The notes: generated by a model from the letters alone, not told the origin. A DNA stretch of 64,000 nt from the human T2T-CHM13v2.0 reference genome, Homo sapiens (GCF_009914755.1 NC_060946.1); one strand, 5' to 3'. Numbered from the stretch's first letter, positions 1 to 13,079 are shown. Numbers and translations: made by a program.

Positions 1-124
1 CCCTTTCCCTGGCCTCTGCTACAGTGTTCCCAAATTACTTGTCTCCTGACTGGTATAGCAGCCTGTTCCCTGACTCTTTCATCTCTTTAAAAACAACAAC
101 AACAGCAGCAACAACAACCGTCAT

Positions 125-330
125 CATGGCTGCTGTTTATGCAGCCCCTACTCTATGCTCAATGTGAGGTTAAACAACGGGGTGGCATCTTCTGTTGCTC
201 TTTCAACAACTCTGGAACAGAAGCATTATTAGCTCCATTTTACAGGTGAGAACAATGAGGCTTCAAGTTTAAGTGCATTATGCAGGGCTCGGGGTTGAGG
301 TGTGGAGCTGTAGTTGACTTTGAGACTTGT
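125..330 (-). mobile_element. MIR SINE fragment
   Basis: Reverse MIR core 'ccattttacaggtgagaacaatgaggc'. Confidence 0.7.
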
Positions 331-430
331 GCCGGTAGCTCATGTCATAGGCTGCCCCCTTGATAATCCCATCTATCCCAGCTGCTGGCCATGACACAGT
401 GGACAACCCTTGTTTCAGAGGCCCCAGGAT

Positions 431-650
431 GTAGCAGTTAAGAAAGTGCACCATTTCAACCTCTGATGGTGTCATTTCTGTCTAGGTGAACTTGGGTATG
501 TCATTTAAGCTCTCTGAGCCTGTATCCACTCTTGTGAAATGTGGATCACAGTTGTACCTAGACCCACAATGTTGCTATGGATACTGATAAGATCATTGCA
601 AAGGAAGCACCCTGCACCATTCTCAGTGCCCAATAAATGTGGGATAATGA
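431..650 (+). mobile_element. MIR SINE
   Basis: 'gcagttaag...ctctctgagcct...gtgaaatgtggat...caataaatg' follows MIR consensus order. Confidence 0.7.
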
Positions 651-1231
651 AACTATTGTAAAATAAATAGATGACTTTGTGTGTGTGTGTCTGATGCTCA
701 AGGTTCTTTCAGGTGGAGCCCTGAATTTCTTTCCATCAATAATGCTCACCAAGGCTATTTTGCATCCCAGCCTTTGGCCAGAAGGAGCCCCTCACTGGTA
801 TCCCCAAACTCCCCACCATTTCTAACCTCTGTTGATTGGTCCAGTTGGGTCCCGCTGCCCATCGGCCTTGCACTGTCTCTGCAGACCCAGAGTCGTCTTG
901 TCCTCCATGTCCAGCTCAGAGACTGGTTCCTACTTGGTGAACCCCCATTATCTGCCCATAAGAAATTAACTCCACCTCCTCTGGACATGGCCCTGAGTTC
1001 CAGTGTCTTTTAGTCCTGTTGTGCTACTGTGTGCCAGGATAAAGATTTAGCTACACCTTGAGGACATGATCCCACCTTTTTTTTTCTTCTTTTCCTTGCC
1101 CTTTAAATGCCACTAGGTGGAAGAAACCCTGGGTCTCTGAATGACTGTATGAAACAAGGCCCCACCTCCTGCCAACCCACATAGGACAAGACATGACAGA
1201 AAACAAAACTGATGAAGCCAAGCTCTAGTCT

Positions 1232-1413
1232 TGGAAGTCAGGGTAGTTTTTACCTCTAGCAAGGACTGGGGAAGCAGAGATTGAGAGAGGCCCTAGGAAG
1301 GGTCTTGGATACTGGCAACATTCCATTTCTAGGCTTGAATGAGATTTGTCTATGAGCTGTACATTTATGCTCTGTGTCCACTCATGGATATGTATCACAT
1401 TTCAATTAAAAAT
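1232..1413 (+). mobile_element. Old L1M (L1ME/L1MC-type) 3' end fragment
   Basis: 'gaagtcagggtagt...gagctgtacatttatg...ttcaattaaaaa' resembles the L1M 3'UTR terminus. Confidence 0.55.
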
Positions 1414-1547
1414 GTAGTACATATTCATTGAGGAATACTTAGAACCATAAGAAAACACAGGAAAATGAAAATTATGCACAACTCCATATCTCAAGGATGT
1501 CTTCTGTTCCCATTTTGGTTTAATCAGTAGATTTTCCAGGCACAAAG

Positions 1548-1655
1548 TGAGGGAGTCCAGGAACAGTGTCCATTTTATCTTGATAGCCCTATTCCAAAGT
1601 GCCTAGCACAAAGCCTTGAATTTAGTAGGCTCTCTATAAATAGTGGTTGAATTAC
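1548..1655 (+). mobile_element. L2 3' end
   Basis: 'gtgcctagcacaaagcc...tagtaggctctctataaatagtggttgaat'. Confidence 0.65.
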
Positions 1656-1697
1656 AGATTATTTCATTGTAAACCTACCACACTTGGGTTCAGCTGT

Positions 1698-2095
1698 TGT
1701 AGTTGAGATAATGCCGTGGGTTCACCTGGCCTCTTTCATTTTCCTCTTGGGCACACAGGAAGACTACATTTTTCAGCCTCCTTTGCATTGCAATGTGGCC
1801 ATATGACTGAGTTCTGGCCAATGAAATGAAGGTGAAAGTGATGTCAGCCACTTTCGTACCTCTTGAGCAACGCTACATACCCTCTCTTTGAGGATCCCTT
1901 CAGAGGAACTTGAGGCCCTAAGGGTCACTGAAACCAGAGACTGAAGGAACTCTGAGCCCCGGAATGGCTGTATGGAGCAATGCCTTACCTCCCACCAACC
2001 CACATTGGACTGTGCCATGAGCAAGAAATAAACCTTTGTTGTGTTGAAACACTGAGAACTGGAGATTGTTATAGCAGCAAAACTGCCCTAATATA
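1698..2095 (+). mobile_element. MLT1 (I/J-type) MaLR solo LTR
   Basis: 'gaagactacatttttcagcctcctttgca...catatgactgagttctggccaatg...gagcaagaaataaacctttgttgtgtt'. A shorter related fragment lies at about 1100-1220. Confidence 0.75.
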
Positions 2096-2869
2096 TCTAT
2101 CTACCTAAAATCTGTCTTTCTTTCTGTCCCTTGAATTTTCCAGAAAAAAGTTGAAGTCATTTACAAACATATATTTTTAAATGGCGTGAAAGAAAATTAG
2201 AAAAATACTTGTAGGAACATAAAATAGGACCAGAAATAACACTCAGAAATGTATTTGATTCAAATCACATACATGTGTGAATACATGTGTGAACACCCCT
2301 ACTATGTGTGGACCAAAAATATAGCTCTGAGCTTCCTAGTAGCCAAGGAAAAAAGGGAGACCTGTTTAATTATACACTTCTCAGAGTCTTTGAGATAAAT
2401 GAAAACACAATTACAGAATAAATACAATGAAATATGAGACTTTTTTCTATCTGACATATGAAATATGAGATTTTTTTCTACCTGACATTTTCATGAAAAA
2501 GATCATTGAGTGGTAAAAGCACAAGTCTTTAGTATTGCTGGGGACTTTCTCTGCATAGCAAAGTTTTTTCCATGCCTTGTCTTCTTTAAATACATGAAAA
2601 TATGTGTACATGTAAGCATATTAATGATGTTGAGGAACTCTCTTAATGTACCTCACTGGGAGGTACTTGGGATCTCTGTAGGCCTGAGATACTCTTGAAG
2701 GAAGAGACTCCACCATGTTCATTCCCGTATTTTTATAGTTCAGTACAGAGCTTGTTACATGGTGGAAACACATAGCGAATATTATTACTGCTGCTACTAA
2801 ATATGTGTGTGAGTGTTTGCTAAGTGTGTCAGGCTAGTGCCCTGGGAACCATGAACTCTACAATGGATT

Positions 2870-3230
2870 TACATGTAGTGTGTATGTGTGTCATGATGTA
2901 CTATGTATATGATACATATATGTTGAGTATCTGTGTTGTGTATTGAGTGTATGTTGTATATGAGTGTTGTGTGTGCATCGTGTTGTATTGTGTTGTGTGT
3001 ATTGTGTTTGTTGTGTGCATGTCATTGCATGAATTTTGTGTGGGTGGCGTGGGGGTATTGTGTGAGCCTTGCACATGTGTTTTGTTTGGATGTGATGTCG
3101 CATGGGTGATATGGGTGCTCTGTGTGCATTGTGTGTTTTCGTGGGGGTGATGTGGGTGATGTAAGTATTGTCAGTTGCATTGTATTATAGAGTGCTGTGG
3201 GGTGGTGTGTGTGTTGTATGTGTGTGTTAG
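2870..3230. repeat. Degenerate (TG)n low-complexity tract
   Basis: Interrupted gtgt/tgta runs that explain the V/C-rich and H/T-rich ORFs. Confidence 0.85.
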
Positions 3231-4686
3231 AAATTGTAACCATGTGTGTTCCAGCACTCTGTATGCCCTGAGTATTCCACCTATTCCCTGAAGGCTCAGG
3301 GCACACTCCCTGTGTGTGACTCATGCCATCCTGTGTCCCTTTTATGAGTCCAGGGCATGACCCTTGGATGCCTAAGGGCATATGGGCTTGCACCCTGCCA
3401 CCCCTCACCCTTCATGCAGGCTCCATGTATGCACACATTAGGTATGTACCCTAAAGTCATTGCAGAGACATCTAGAAGGTGGTGACTATTGTCTTCAAAC
3501 AGAGAACAGCCATTAACACATTCATTAATTAGGATCATGTTGACACTTCTATTGCCGACTAAAAACATCTGTTTGTTTAATCAGAGTCTCCTTAATTCCT
3601 TACACTTATTCTCTCAGTGAGAGAGGATGGGCTTGCTTCCCCCACGTGTGTACACTGGGGTTTTACGAGGTGGGGGCACAGGCTCTGTCAATATTGTCAC
3701 AGGGTGACAGCTCTCGGGACAGCCCACCATCTTCCTAAGCTCACAAATCGGCATCCCTTTCCACGGTGAACAAAGAGTCGTACATGGGTCAATTTGCCAA
3801 TGGCCAGCTCTTGTTTATTGGTGTAGCCTGAACGACATGTTATAGATCAGATGTAAGAAATCCGCCACAGCACTAGGTCTAAATGCTGCAGGGTGTGATG
3901 TGGCACAGGGCAAGGCAGCTGCTTCACAACTCTGTGCCTTCAACCTAGGTTTGTACCTTACGCCCCTCAATAAGCAGCCGGTAGCCTTGGCTGAGTCAGT
4001 TTCCCTCTCCCGTGACCTCAGTTTTCTTACACGTAAAATCGAAGAATAAAAATACAAAACTGAAGATTCAAATAAAACATATCTATGTACATACCCATCA
4101 CAGAACCTGGAACCAAGGAGGTATGTGAGAAATGTCACTTCTATCCTCTCAACTCACACTCTACATGAATTCACAAGGGCCAGGGGTGATGACAGAAGTA
4201 AAGACTCAAGGTCAGGGACGGGACTGCCCCTGGTCACGGACCCTGAGTCAGCTGTTCCCCACTGGTCACACCCTTGGACATTCACCCTATCCACTGCTCT
4301 CCTCCTCTAGGCCAGGCTGGGGCTGGGTGCTGGACAAACACGTACCTGTCCTTGGGAAACTCATCATGGCCCGATGAGAGACACTTTGCTGTGCTGGATG
4401 GGCTTGAAGACCAAGTAGGATCTCACTGATGAAGGTGGAAAAGGAAAGCATTGCCAGCAGAGGAGATCAGGGAGCTGGGGCAAGATTAAGGCTCCCAGAG
4501 CTGGGAGCATGAGGGAGAGGAGCAGGGTTTAGACTGAAAGGGTTGAAGGGATGGACCATGGAGAGGTTTTCCTCTGGAGATTTTTTTGTTTTGTTTTAAT
4601 TTGTTGTTGTTTGGCTTCTTGTTTGGTTACTAATATGTTTGGATAACTTTTTATAATAAACATGCTCTTTGAAAATATTTACTTAT

Positions 4687-5008
4687 GGCCGGGCACGGTG
4701 GCTCACTCCTATGATCTCTGAACTTTGAGGCCGACGGGGGTGGATCACTTGAGGTCAGGAGTTTGAGACCAGCCTGGACAACATGGTGAAATGCCGTCTC
4801 TACTAAAAATATGAAAATTAGCTGGGCGTGGTGGCAGGCGCCTGTAATCCCAGCTACTCAGGAGGCTGAGGCAGGAGAATAGCTTGAACCCAGAAGGCGG
4901 AGGGTGCAGTGAGCCAAGATTGCACCGCTGCACTCCAACCTAGGTGACAGAGTGAGACTCCGACTCAAAAACAAAACAATCAACCAACCAACTAAACAAA
5001 CAAAAAAA
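4687..5008 (+). mobile_element. AluS (Sx/Sz-like), full length
   Basis: 'ggccgggcacggtggctca...tactaaaaat...gagactccgactc' with A/C-rich tail. Confidence 0.95.
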
Positions 5009-5294
5009 CCCCGAAAGTGCTTATTTTTCATCATTTTAAAAATTGTGGTTACATATTATATGTACGTAACATAAATGTGCAGTTTGTAATAGAATGAGAA
5101 GTAAGATCCTAGTTTCCCTCTTTAAGCATACTTGGTGCCTAGCATGGCTGCTTCTCATTTGTACAATGGGAACCAACTGTTCTCAATGGGTGATAAGAGG
5201 ATTTGATGCGAAGACATGTGCAGACAGGGCCTTCCTGAGTGCCTGATACACGGTCAGAATCCAAGACCTGGGAATTATTAGTGGGAATTGGCAC

Positions 5295-5410
5295 AACTCA
5301 GTGGTTAAAGGCACAGGCTCTGGACTCAGATTTGTCGGCTGTGTGACTTTAGTCCAGTTACTGCACCTTTCTGAGCCTCCGTTTTCTCATTAAAATAAGA
5401 TAATACGAAA
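5295..5410 (+). mobile_element. MIR
   Basis: 'agtggttaaaggcacaggctctgga...ctgagcctccgttttctcat'. Confidence 0.7.
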
Positions 5411-5714
5411 AATATGGAGGGGTGCTATTTGGATGTGCAACAAATGATATTTTATTTTCAAATCATCATGATTCCTTTCTGCTAATTCTGTACTTGAACA
5501 AAACCTGTTACCTCGATTAAGATTTACTTTTGTTTTTCAGCTTTGGTCCAGGTGGTGCTGCCACACATCTTTTCTACACGATGGTGCATTCTAGCACATC
5601 CAGTTTGTTGCTGCAAATGATGGTGATGGTGGTGGTAGAATCTTTGAGTGATAGTTTTATTCTTTCCCATAGCAGAGTGAGACTGCAAGGTAAGAGGAAG
5701 GACTGACTGTATTT

Positions 5715-5910
5715 CATGCTTCTTAAGAACTAGACAGTCTTATTTCATCCTCACAGCAACTCTTTGAGGGCAGCACCATATCTATTTTACAGGTGAGGAA
5801 ACTGAGTTTCAAAAAGCTTAGGCAATTTTCCCAAGATCACGCAGCTAGTAGATAGTTCAGTCAGGAGTTAGACTTTGGATCTAACTTCAATGTTTGTGCA
5901 TTTTTCTCTA
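5715..5910 (-). mobile_element. MIR
   Basis: 'attttacaggtgaggaaactgag...cccaagatcacgcagctagta'. Confidence 0.8.
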
Positions 5911-5919
5911 TATTAACTC

Positions 5920-6480
5920 ATTTGTTAGATAGGTAGACCAAAAATCCCTAATGGTAACCCCATTCGACAGTTTAGTCAAAAGGAGAATTTATGGGTTCTC
6001 ATAAATAAAGTTTAACTTGGATTCGCGAGTGGCTGAATGAATCTAACAATTTCCTTAGGACTTGGTCAGTCCATCTTTCCACCTCTATCTCGGTTTTGTT
6101 TCCCGGTGTGCCAGCTTCATTCTTATCCTCATGATGACAAGACGCCCTCCAGTACTAACTTCAGGTTCCATCCTCCAAGCCTGGTAACCCCTGCTAAGAG
6201 AGGAGCAGTCCCAGCCAAAGTCCCAGAATCAGCCCCAATTGGCCTGACTTGGGTCACGTGAGCATCCATAAGCCAATTAGTAAGAACGAATGGGATGCTC
6301 TTATTGGCCAGATCGGATCCATGTGGCCATCTCCGGATTGTGGAGATCACATTCATTCCACGCTGAACCAAACGACCATGAGGTGGAGATTTTCCCAGAG
6401 GGAACTCTGGGTGCTTAACTTAAAGATGGAGTCTTGGCTGCTGGGAAGGGAATAGGAACGGACGTCCACTCCAGCCAGCT
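5920..6480 (-). mobile_element. MLT1 (K/L-type) LTR
   Basis: 'ttggcctgacttgggtcacgtgagcatcc...ccaatt...attggccag' double-ttggcc signature of MLT1K-like LTRs. Confidence 0.55.
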
Positions 6481-7479
6481 TTGGATTACACAGAAAGGCA
6501 TCAGAGAGGTCTTAAAAGGAACTTCAGCGAGTCTAAAAATGGCAGCATTTGTCCCCAGCCAGCCTCCAGGCAGGGGGACAGACCATGTGACTCTACTGAA
6601 GTCCCTTCACAGCAAGCCTTTTGGGATAGCTCCAACCAGGACTTATTGTTCTGGCAAATCCCCCAAAGCTTTGGGAACTGAAAAGCACACGAAAATGCAA
6701 GACCATCTGTCAGGGTCCTTGCCTTTCTTCTTCTTCTTTTAATTATGAAATGTCTATTGCTGGACTATTGATCTCCTGCTTGTACGAGCAACTGGGGTGA
6801 TATACGGTGTGCTAGTCCACTCGTTTAATTCTGCAGCACGATTGAATACTGCCTTCGATGAAGCGCTTATTAGTCATGCGTTGGAGAAGTGAAATAGCTT
6901 GTAGCACTGAGGGAGGGCTTTTGGAGGAGGACGGGCAGTTTTAGGGGTGAGATAGGGTTTCTCTTTGGTTCTCCCTACTGAGAAGGGCAGACCCTTATCT
7001 CGGGTCAGAGGGACAGGTTATCCTTATTGAAACCTTCTATCCCTGGGTCAGCCTCCACTCCCAGTCTTTCACTCAAAAATGTACCATCTCCTCTTTTTGA
7101 CAACATGCCAGAAATTCCACCATTAGGTCATTCCTTGGGTTTAAGAAGTTACCCATAAAAGGCCCTGCTAACATGAATATGAATTCTAAAACTACTATTA
7201 CAACCACACTAGACTAGTCACGATTTGTTGACCAATTATATTTCTCTTTCTTTCTTTTCTTTTTTTTTTTTTACACACAAAGAAGCAAATGCAGAGAAAC
7301 CAAGTATTTAATAGACTATTGGTGCTAGGATTGGAACCCGCTTGGACAAACTCTGGTCTCTGAGATTTTTGGAACATATGAACCTATTAATACAGAGTTT
7401 TAGGGGACTGGGAGGAAGGAGCAGAGCAGCTAACAATTGTCTTAAGGCTGGAGATGGAGTAGAAAGATTTTAATTTGCT

Positions 7480-7630
7480 AAATTGATTGCTTTAACTCCG
7501 TGTGCCTCAATTTTCTCATTTGAAAAGTAGAAAAACTCATAGTATGTGCCTCATAGGATTATTGTAGGGATTTAAGAAGACGATCCTTGTAAAGCCCTTA
7601 GCAATTAGCAAAGGCCCAATAAACATTAGT
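7480..7630 (+). mobile_element. MIR
   Basis: 'tgtgcctcaattttctcatttgaaaa...ctcataggattattg...gtaaagcccttagc'. Confidence 0.75.
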
Positions 7631-7899
7631 GGTTCTTGATATGACTATACATATTAGCCCCTCTGGGGGTCTGTTTCCCTGTACTTCTCTCTACAATGAG
7701 AGACTGAAAGGAAGGCACATCCCTGGTTCTAAATCCCTGTCTGGAGTCATAGGGAGAAACTGGACTTCTCCTAAGGGCTAGGAGAGGAAAGGGAAGGAGA
7801 ACTTGGACTGGAGATTGGTGTTTGGCCTCAGCAAGAAAGCCAGAGGGAGAGGTGCTGGGTGGGGAAGAGACTTCAGTCAAGAGTTATGAGGGAGCAGCT

Positions 7900-8220
7900 G
7901 GGAAGACAGAGATTGGGACAAAGAGAGAGGTAGAGGAAGAGATAGAAAGAGGTGAGAGATAGATGGAGACTGAGATAAATGGAGAGAGGCAGAGACAGAG
8001 AGAGACAGGGGGTAGGAAAAGAGAGGAGGAGAGCAATAAATCAAGAGAGAAAGGAAGAGGGAGAGAAGGAGGGAGTGAGGAAGGAAGGAAAGAAGGATGG
8101 AAGGAAGGAAGGAGGGAAGAAAGGATGGAGGGAAGGAAGGGAGGAATCTATAAAAAGAGATACGGAAGAGGAATAGAATGATGGAGAGAGGGAAAGGTAG
8201 AAACGAAATGAGAAAAACAT
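7900..8220. repeat. GA-rich low-complexity tract (degenerate GAGA/GGAA)
   Basis: Purine-dominated + strand; explains R/E/G/K ORFs 7963-8181. Confidence 0.85.
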
Positions 8221-8332
8221 CTTTTGTGGGGAAATAATCTGAGTGTGTGGCTGAGACGGTGGGAGTCAGGACATGTGTGCACCAGCTTCCAGTCAGAATT
8301 CAGAGACATCTGCTGAGCTGCCTCCCTCCCGT

Positions 8333-8353
8333 TTCAGCACATTGGACAGAGCC
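8333..8353 (+). promoter_or_regulatory. Candidate RE1/NRSE (REST binding site)
   Basis: TTCAGCACaTTGGACAGAGCC versus consensus TTCAGCACCnnGGACAGnGCC: one mismatch at defined positions and canonical 2-bp spacer. Confidence 0.6.
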
Positions 8354-8529
8354 TCTGCTACGTCTTCACATTGACCCTGCCACCCTTGTGACCTTGGATA
8401 AGTCAACCTTGTGACCTTAGATAGGTCATTCTTCTGTCTGAGCCTCAGTTTCTTAGCAGTCAAATGGGCCTATTTACATCTGCCACCCAGAAACCTTGCT
8501 CGAAGGATAATCTAGAGTAACTACCAGCT

Positions 8530-8655
8530 GGATTCATCTGTGGAATTTTAAATAATTTTGATGCCTGGGCTCAAATCTCCAAATATTTTTATGCAGTTGT
8601 TTTGGGACAGAGCCTGGTATTGGTATTTTTAAGAAACACCCTGACAGATAGTACC
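8530..8655. mobile_element. MER5-family hAT-Charlie MITE fragment
   Basis: 'tgatgcctgggctc...ttgttttgggacagagcctggtattggtatttttaaga'. Confidence 0.55.
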
Positions 8656-9475
8656 AATTGGTGCTAGTCAGCATAAAGGCTTTGTCCACAGGAAACTCAA
8701 GGAAGTTAGCACTATTCTTTCTCATCTCCAATGTGCTTGTTTCACTGATAGAGTAATTGGAACCCAGAGAGGGAGGTGACCTGCCTGGGCCACACAGCAG
8801 GTGGAACAGCACCTTCAACGTCTAGAAAACCTGGAGGGACCCTGGGCTAGTACAAAAGTTGAGCAGCAGCTCCCCCACGTCCCTGCTCGAGGGCTTCTCT
8901 GTCAACCCCAGCCCCATGGGAAATCTGTAGGCTCAATTCACTTCTTGCATGGCTACACTCCAGCCACAAAGGAACCCAAACATGTTAAATTCTCCTTCCT
9001 CATTTGTTCTCTGACCCATTTCACGTCTGAGTGCCACTCAGCAAACCCACCTGCTGTCTTCAGCCCCGGCCGAGGGAGAGGCAGGAAGAATTAAAGCTGG
9101 CCCTCCAGCTTAGGTTCAATGTGTCATGCTTAGGTTCAAACGTGACTTCTCTGGACTGTAATGCCAGAAAGGGCATCAATGAAAAGAATCATTGCCAAGC
9201 TTTGCAGGGTTTTGTCAGTGGCAAATCCCTTCCACATGGGAGGAGGATCAGGGCAGAATGAAGAGTGCCGGCTCTGCTCTCTGACTGGCCCCCTGGTCCA
9301 AATGCTGGTTGCTTCTCTGGGGATCTTATGGTGACCCAATGCAAACAAATAATATTTCCAGTCTTATGTTTTATCATCTGGAGAATAGGGTAATAGTACC
9401 TTCCTCCTAGGTTTCCTATAAACGTTTTTGAAGTGTGTCTTGAGTATGATAAAAATACTTAATAAACGTGAACTG

Positions 9476-9610
9476 AGGAGGGGAGGGAGAAGAAGGTGGA
9501 GGAGGAAAGGAAGAAGAAAAAAAGACAGAAGGAAAAGGAAGAGGAAAAGGAGGAAGAAGAAGAGTTGGAAGAGGAGGAGGAGATGATAATGATGTTGGTG
9601 ATGATGGAGC
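9476..9610. repeat. (GAG/GAA)n purine-rich tract
   Basis: Direct inspection. Confidence 0.8.
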
Positions 9611-10821
9611 TATTCTGCTTATTACTTCAGTGAATACTTATGACCCATGGTAGACGGAGTAACTAGGATGTACAGATGATACATGACTTGTCTGTGTTCA
9701 TCCAGAAAGCTGAGAGCAAAGCATAGACCAGAACTCATCTTTCCTCACTGAACATTCAATAAAGTCTGTGAAGATGATTGCATTAGGAGACTTGGGAGAG
9801 ATCCTGTTTCTCTTGGAGTTGTCTAAAGCCCTGAGGATGGGTTTCCTCCTGGCCACCCACTTCCCCCAGCATCTTTGTGAGAAGATGAATAGTGCGATGC
9901 ATAGAGAACGGAATCCCAGCTCTGCACCAGCCGGTGGCTCTGGGTCTTTGAACAAGCCACTCCCTCTCCCAAAGCCTCAGTTTCCCATCTCATCATTGGG
10001 AAAGGGGTCAGACTAGGGGTCAGAAATCAGTGCTGAGGCTCCAGAAGCACTGATTTCTGGGACTCTCTCACATCCTGCTGTGATTCACACTTCACAATCA
10101 GTCCCAGGAGGTTCCGTGATTCTCTGGGGCCATTTAACAGCTTCCGAATTCTATGTATGGGGGATTCGACTGATGTCTGGGGAGTTCTCTGGTGGAAAAG
10201 TGTCTTTCAATAGATGTAGACTCAGGAGGTAGTTTCTCTGGAGACAGCAGAGCATGGGAGGATGAAGATAGGAGAAAATCTCCAAGGCTTCCTGGGTCCC
10301 AAAGGCTGCAGGAGGAAAAGCCATAGAAGTGCATGTTTCTTGTGAGCCTGCTTTTTAACCAACATAGTGTCAGGAGCATTTATGTGGGTTGTCTCAGAGA
10401 ATCCTCCAATCCACCAAACCATGCAAGTGTCATGGCTCTCAGGTAGCAGGTGAATGAACTAAGGCTGGATGGACTCACCTTGGACTCCATGTCTAGGAGG
10501 TGATGACATCAGGTGTTTTGACTTAGAGTCCAGTGCTCACTGCTGGACCATGTCTGCTTCTCATGGGTGGGAGCCCAGCTTTGGACTGGGTTCTCTGGGC
10601 AGGGCTGTAGAAGAATGGTGGGGGCTGACCCTGTCCCATGGAGCTGACAGTGAAGTCCACAAGAAGAGACAGATAGGCACAGGCAGTGACAGCAGAATCA
10701 AGAATCAAGCAGATGTGATGTTAGAGGCAAAGGTCGAGGCAAGAAGCCATGAACAGACAAAAAGCCCTGGACTAGCCTTCGGTGTCCTGTGTTCAAGTCC
10801 TGGCTCTAACACTAACTATAT

Positions 10822-11765
10822 ATTTTTAACTTTTATTTTAAGTTCAGGTTTGGTATATAGGTAAACTTGTGGCATCTCTTGTACATGATTATTCCATGAC
10901 TCAGGTAATAAGCCTAGTATCCATTAGTTATTTTTCCTGATCCTCTCCCTCCTCCAAACCTCCACCCTTTGGTAGGCCCCAGCGTGTGTGGTTCCCCTAT
11001 GTGTCCATGTGTTTTCATCATTTAGCTCCCATTTATAAGTGAGAATATGTGATGGTTGGTTTTCTATTCCTGTGTTAGTTTGCTAAGGATAATGGCCTCC
11101 AGCTCCATCCACGTTCCAGCAAAGGACATGATCTTGTTCTTTTTCACAGCTGTATAGTATTCCATGATGTGTATGTACCACATTTTCTTTATCCAGTCTA
11201 CCATTGATGGGCATTTAGGTTGATTCCATGCCTTTGCTATTATGAATAGTGCAGTGAACATATGCATGCGTGTGTCTTTATGATAGAATGATTTATATTT
11301 CTTTGGGTATCTACCCAGTAATAAGATTGCTTGGTTGAATGGTATTTATGTTTTTGTTCTTTGAGGAATTACCACACTGCTTTCCACAATGGTTGAACTA
11401 ATTTACACTCCCACCAACAGTGTATAAGCGTTCCTTTTTCTCCACATCCTCACCAGCATCTTATTTTTTTGACTTTTTAGTAATAGCCACTCTGGCTGGT
11501 GTGAGATGGTGTCTCATTGTGGTTTTGATTTGTATTTCTTTAATCATCAGTGATGTTGAGCTTTTTTTTCACATGCTTCTTGGCTGCATGTACGTCTTCT
11601 TTTGAAAAGAACAAAAGAATGTATCTGTATATGTCTTTCACCAAGTTTTTTAATGGGTTTCCTTTCTTGTAAATGTGTTTATGTTCCTTATAGATGCTGG
11701 ATATTAGACCTTTGTCAGATGCATAGTTTGCAAACATTTTCTCCCCTTTTGTAGGTTGTCTGCTC
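10822..11765 (-). mobile_element. L1PA (about PA13-16) 3' fragment with ORF2 C-terminal remnant
   Basis: ORF 11064-11267(-) 'AKAWNQPKCPSMVDWIKKMWYIHIMEYYTAVKKNKIMSFAGTWMELEAIILSKLTQE' is the L1 ORF2 C-terminus; typical L1PA 3'UTR. Confidence 0.92.
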
Positions 11766-12094
11766 ACCATGGACAGAAGTCTGCTTCCTCCTTGACCAAC
11801 ACTACCTTCCTGAAGCTCCTCTCTTTCAGCTCCCATGGCCTCCCCTGGGCTTTTTCTTTAGGGAGGAGCACAGAACGGGTAAGAGCTGAGGTTTTCTTTA
11901 GTAACAGGATGGGTAAGAACCCACGAGGAGAAACAGAGTTTCTTGCCCTTCTCCTCACCTCCCCTGCCATCCTGTGGGCACTTGGTGCCTGCTTGTCAGG
12001 GAGAAAAGAAGGAAATGCACTTATTACCTAAAAATGCCAAGAATGAAGACAGGAAGGTTTGTTTTTGACATTTGTAATGTAGAATCTTTATTCA

Positions 12095-12300
12095 CATGGT
12101 GGTTAGAAGCATAGAGCCTGGAGTTAGACTCTGTGGGCTTGCAGTGCCAGCTCCACTGGACCCCAGCTGTGTGACCTTGGGCAAGTGAGTTCACTTCTCT
12201 GAGCCTCAGCTTCTTCATCTGTAAAATGGGGACAATCACTTCCCCTCTGTGAGTATCAGCTTTCCCATCTGCATTGGGAATTCATAAGTATGCTGATAAT
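12095..12300 (+). mobile_element. MIR
   Basis: 'gctgtgtgaccttgggcaagtgagttcacttctctgagcctcagcttcttcatctgtaaaatgggg'. Confidence 0.85.
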
Positions 12301-12349
12301 CACTGTCTACTTACCAATTTCTCTCTTGGGTGACTTCCTAAAAGCAATC

Positions 12350-13079
<730 letters not shown>

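Noticed and set aside
1634-1643. Second CTATAAATAG MEF2 match
   Set aside because: Lies in a mutated L2 3' end ('ctcaataaata' derived) without supporting motifs.
10628-10650. Reverse RE1-like 'ctgtcccatggagctga'
   Set aside because: Non-canonical 3-bp spacer and mismatch; typical L2-derived sequence.
11760-11780. Partial RE1-like 'caccatggacag'
   Set aside because: The left half lacks TTCAG and the site sits at an L1 junction; likely chance.
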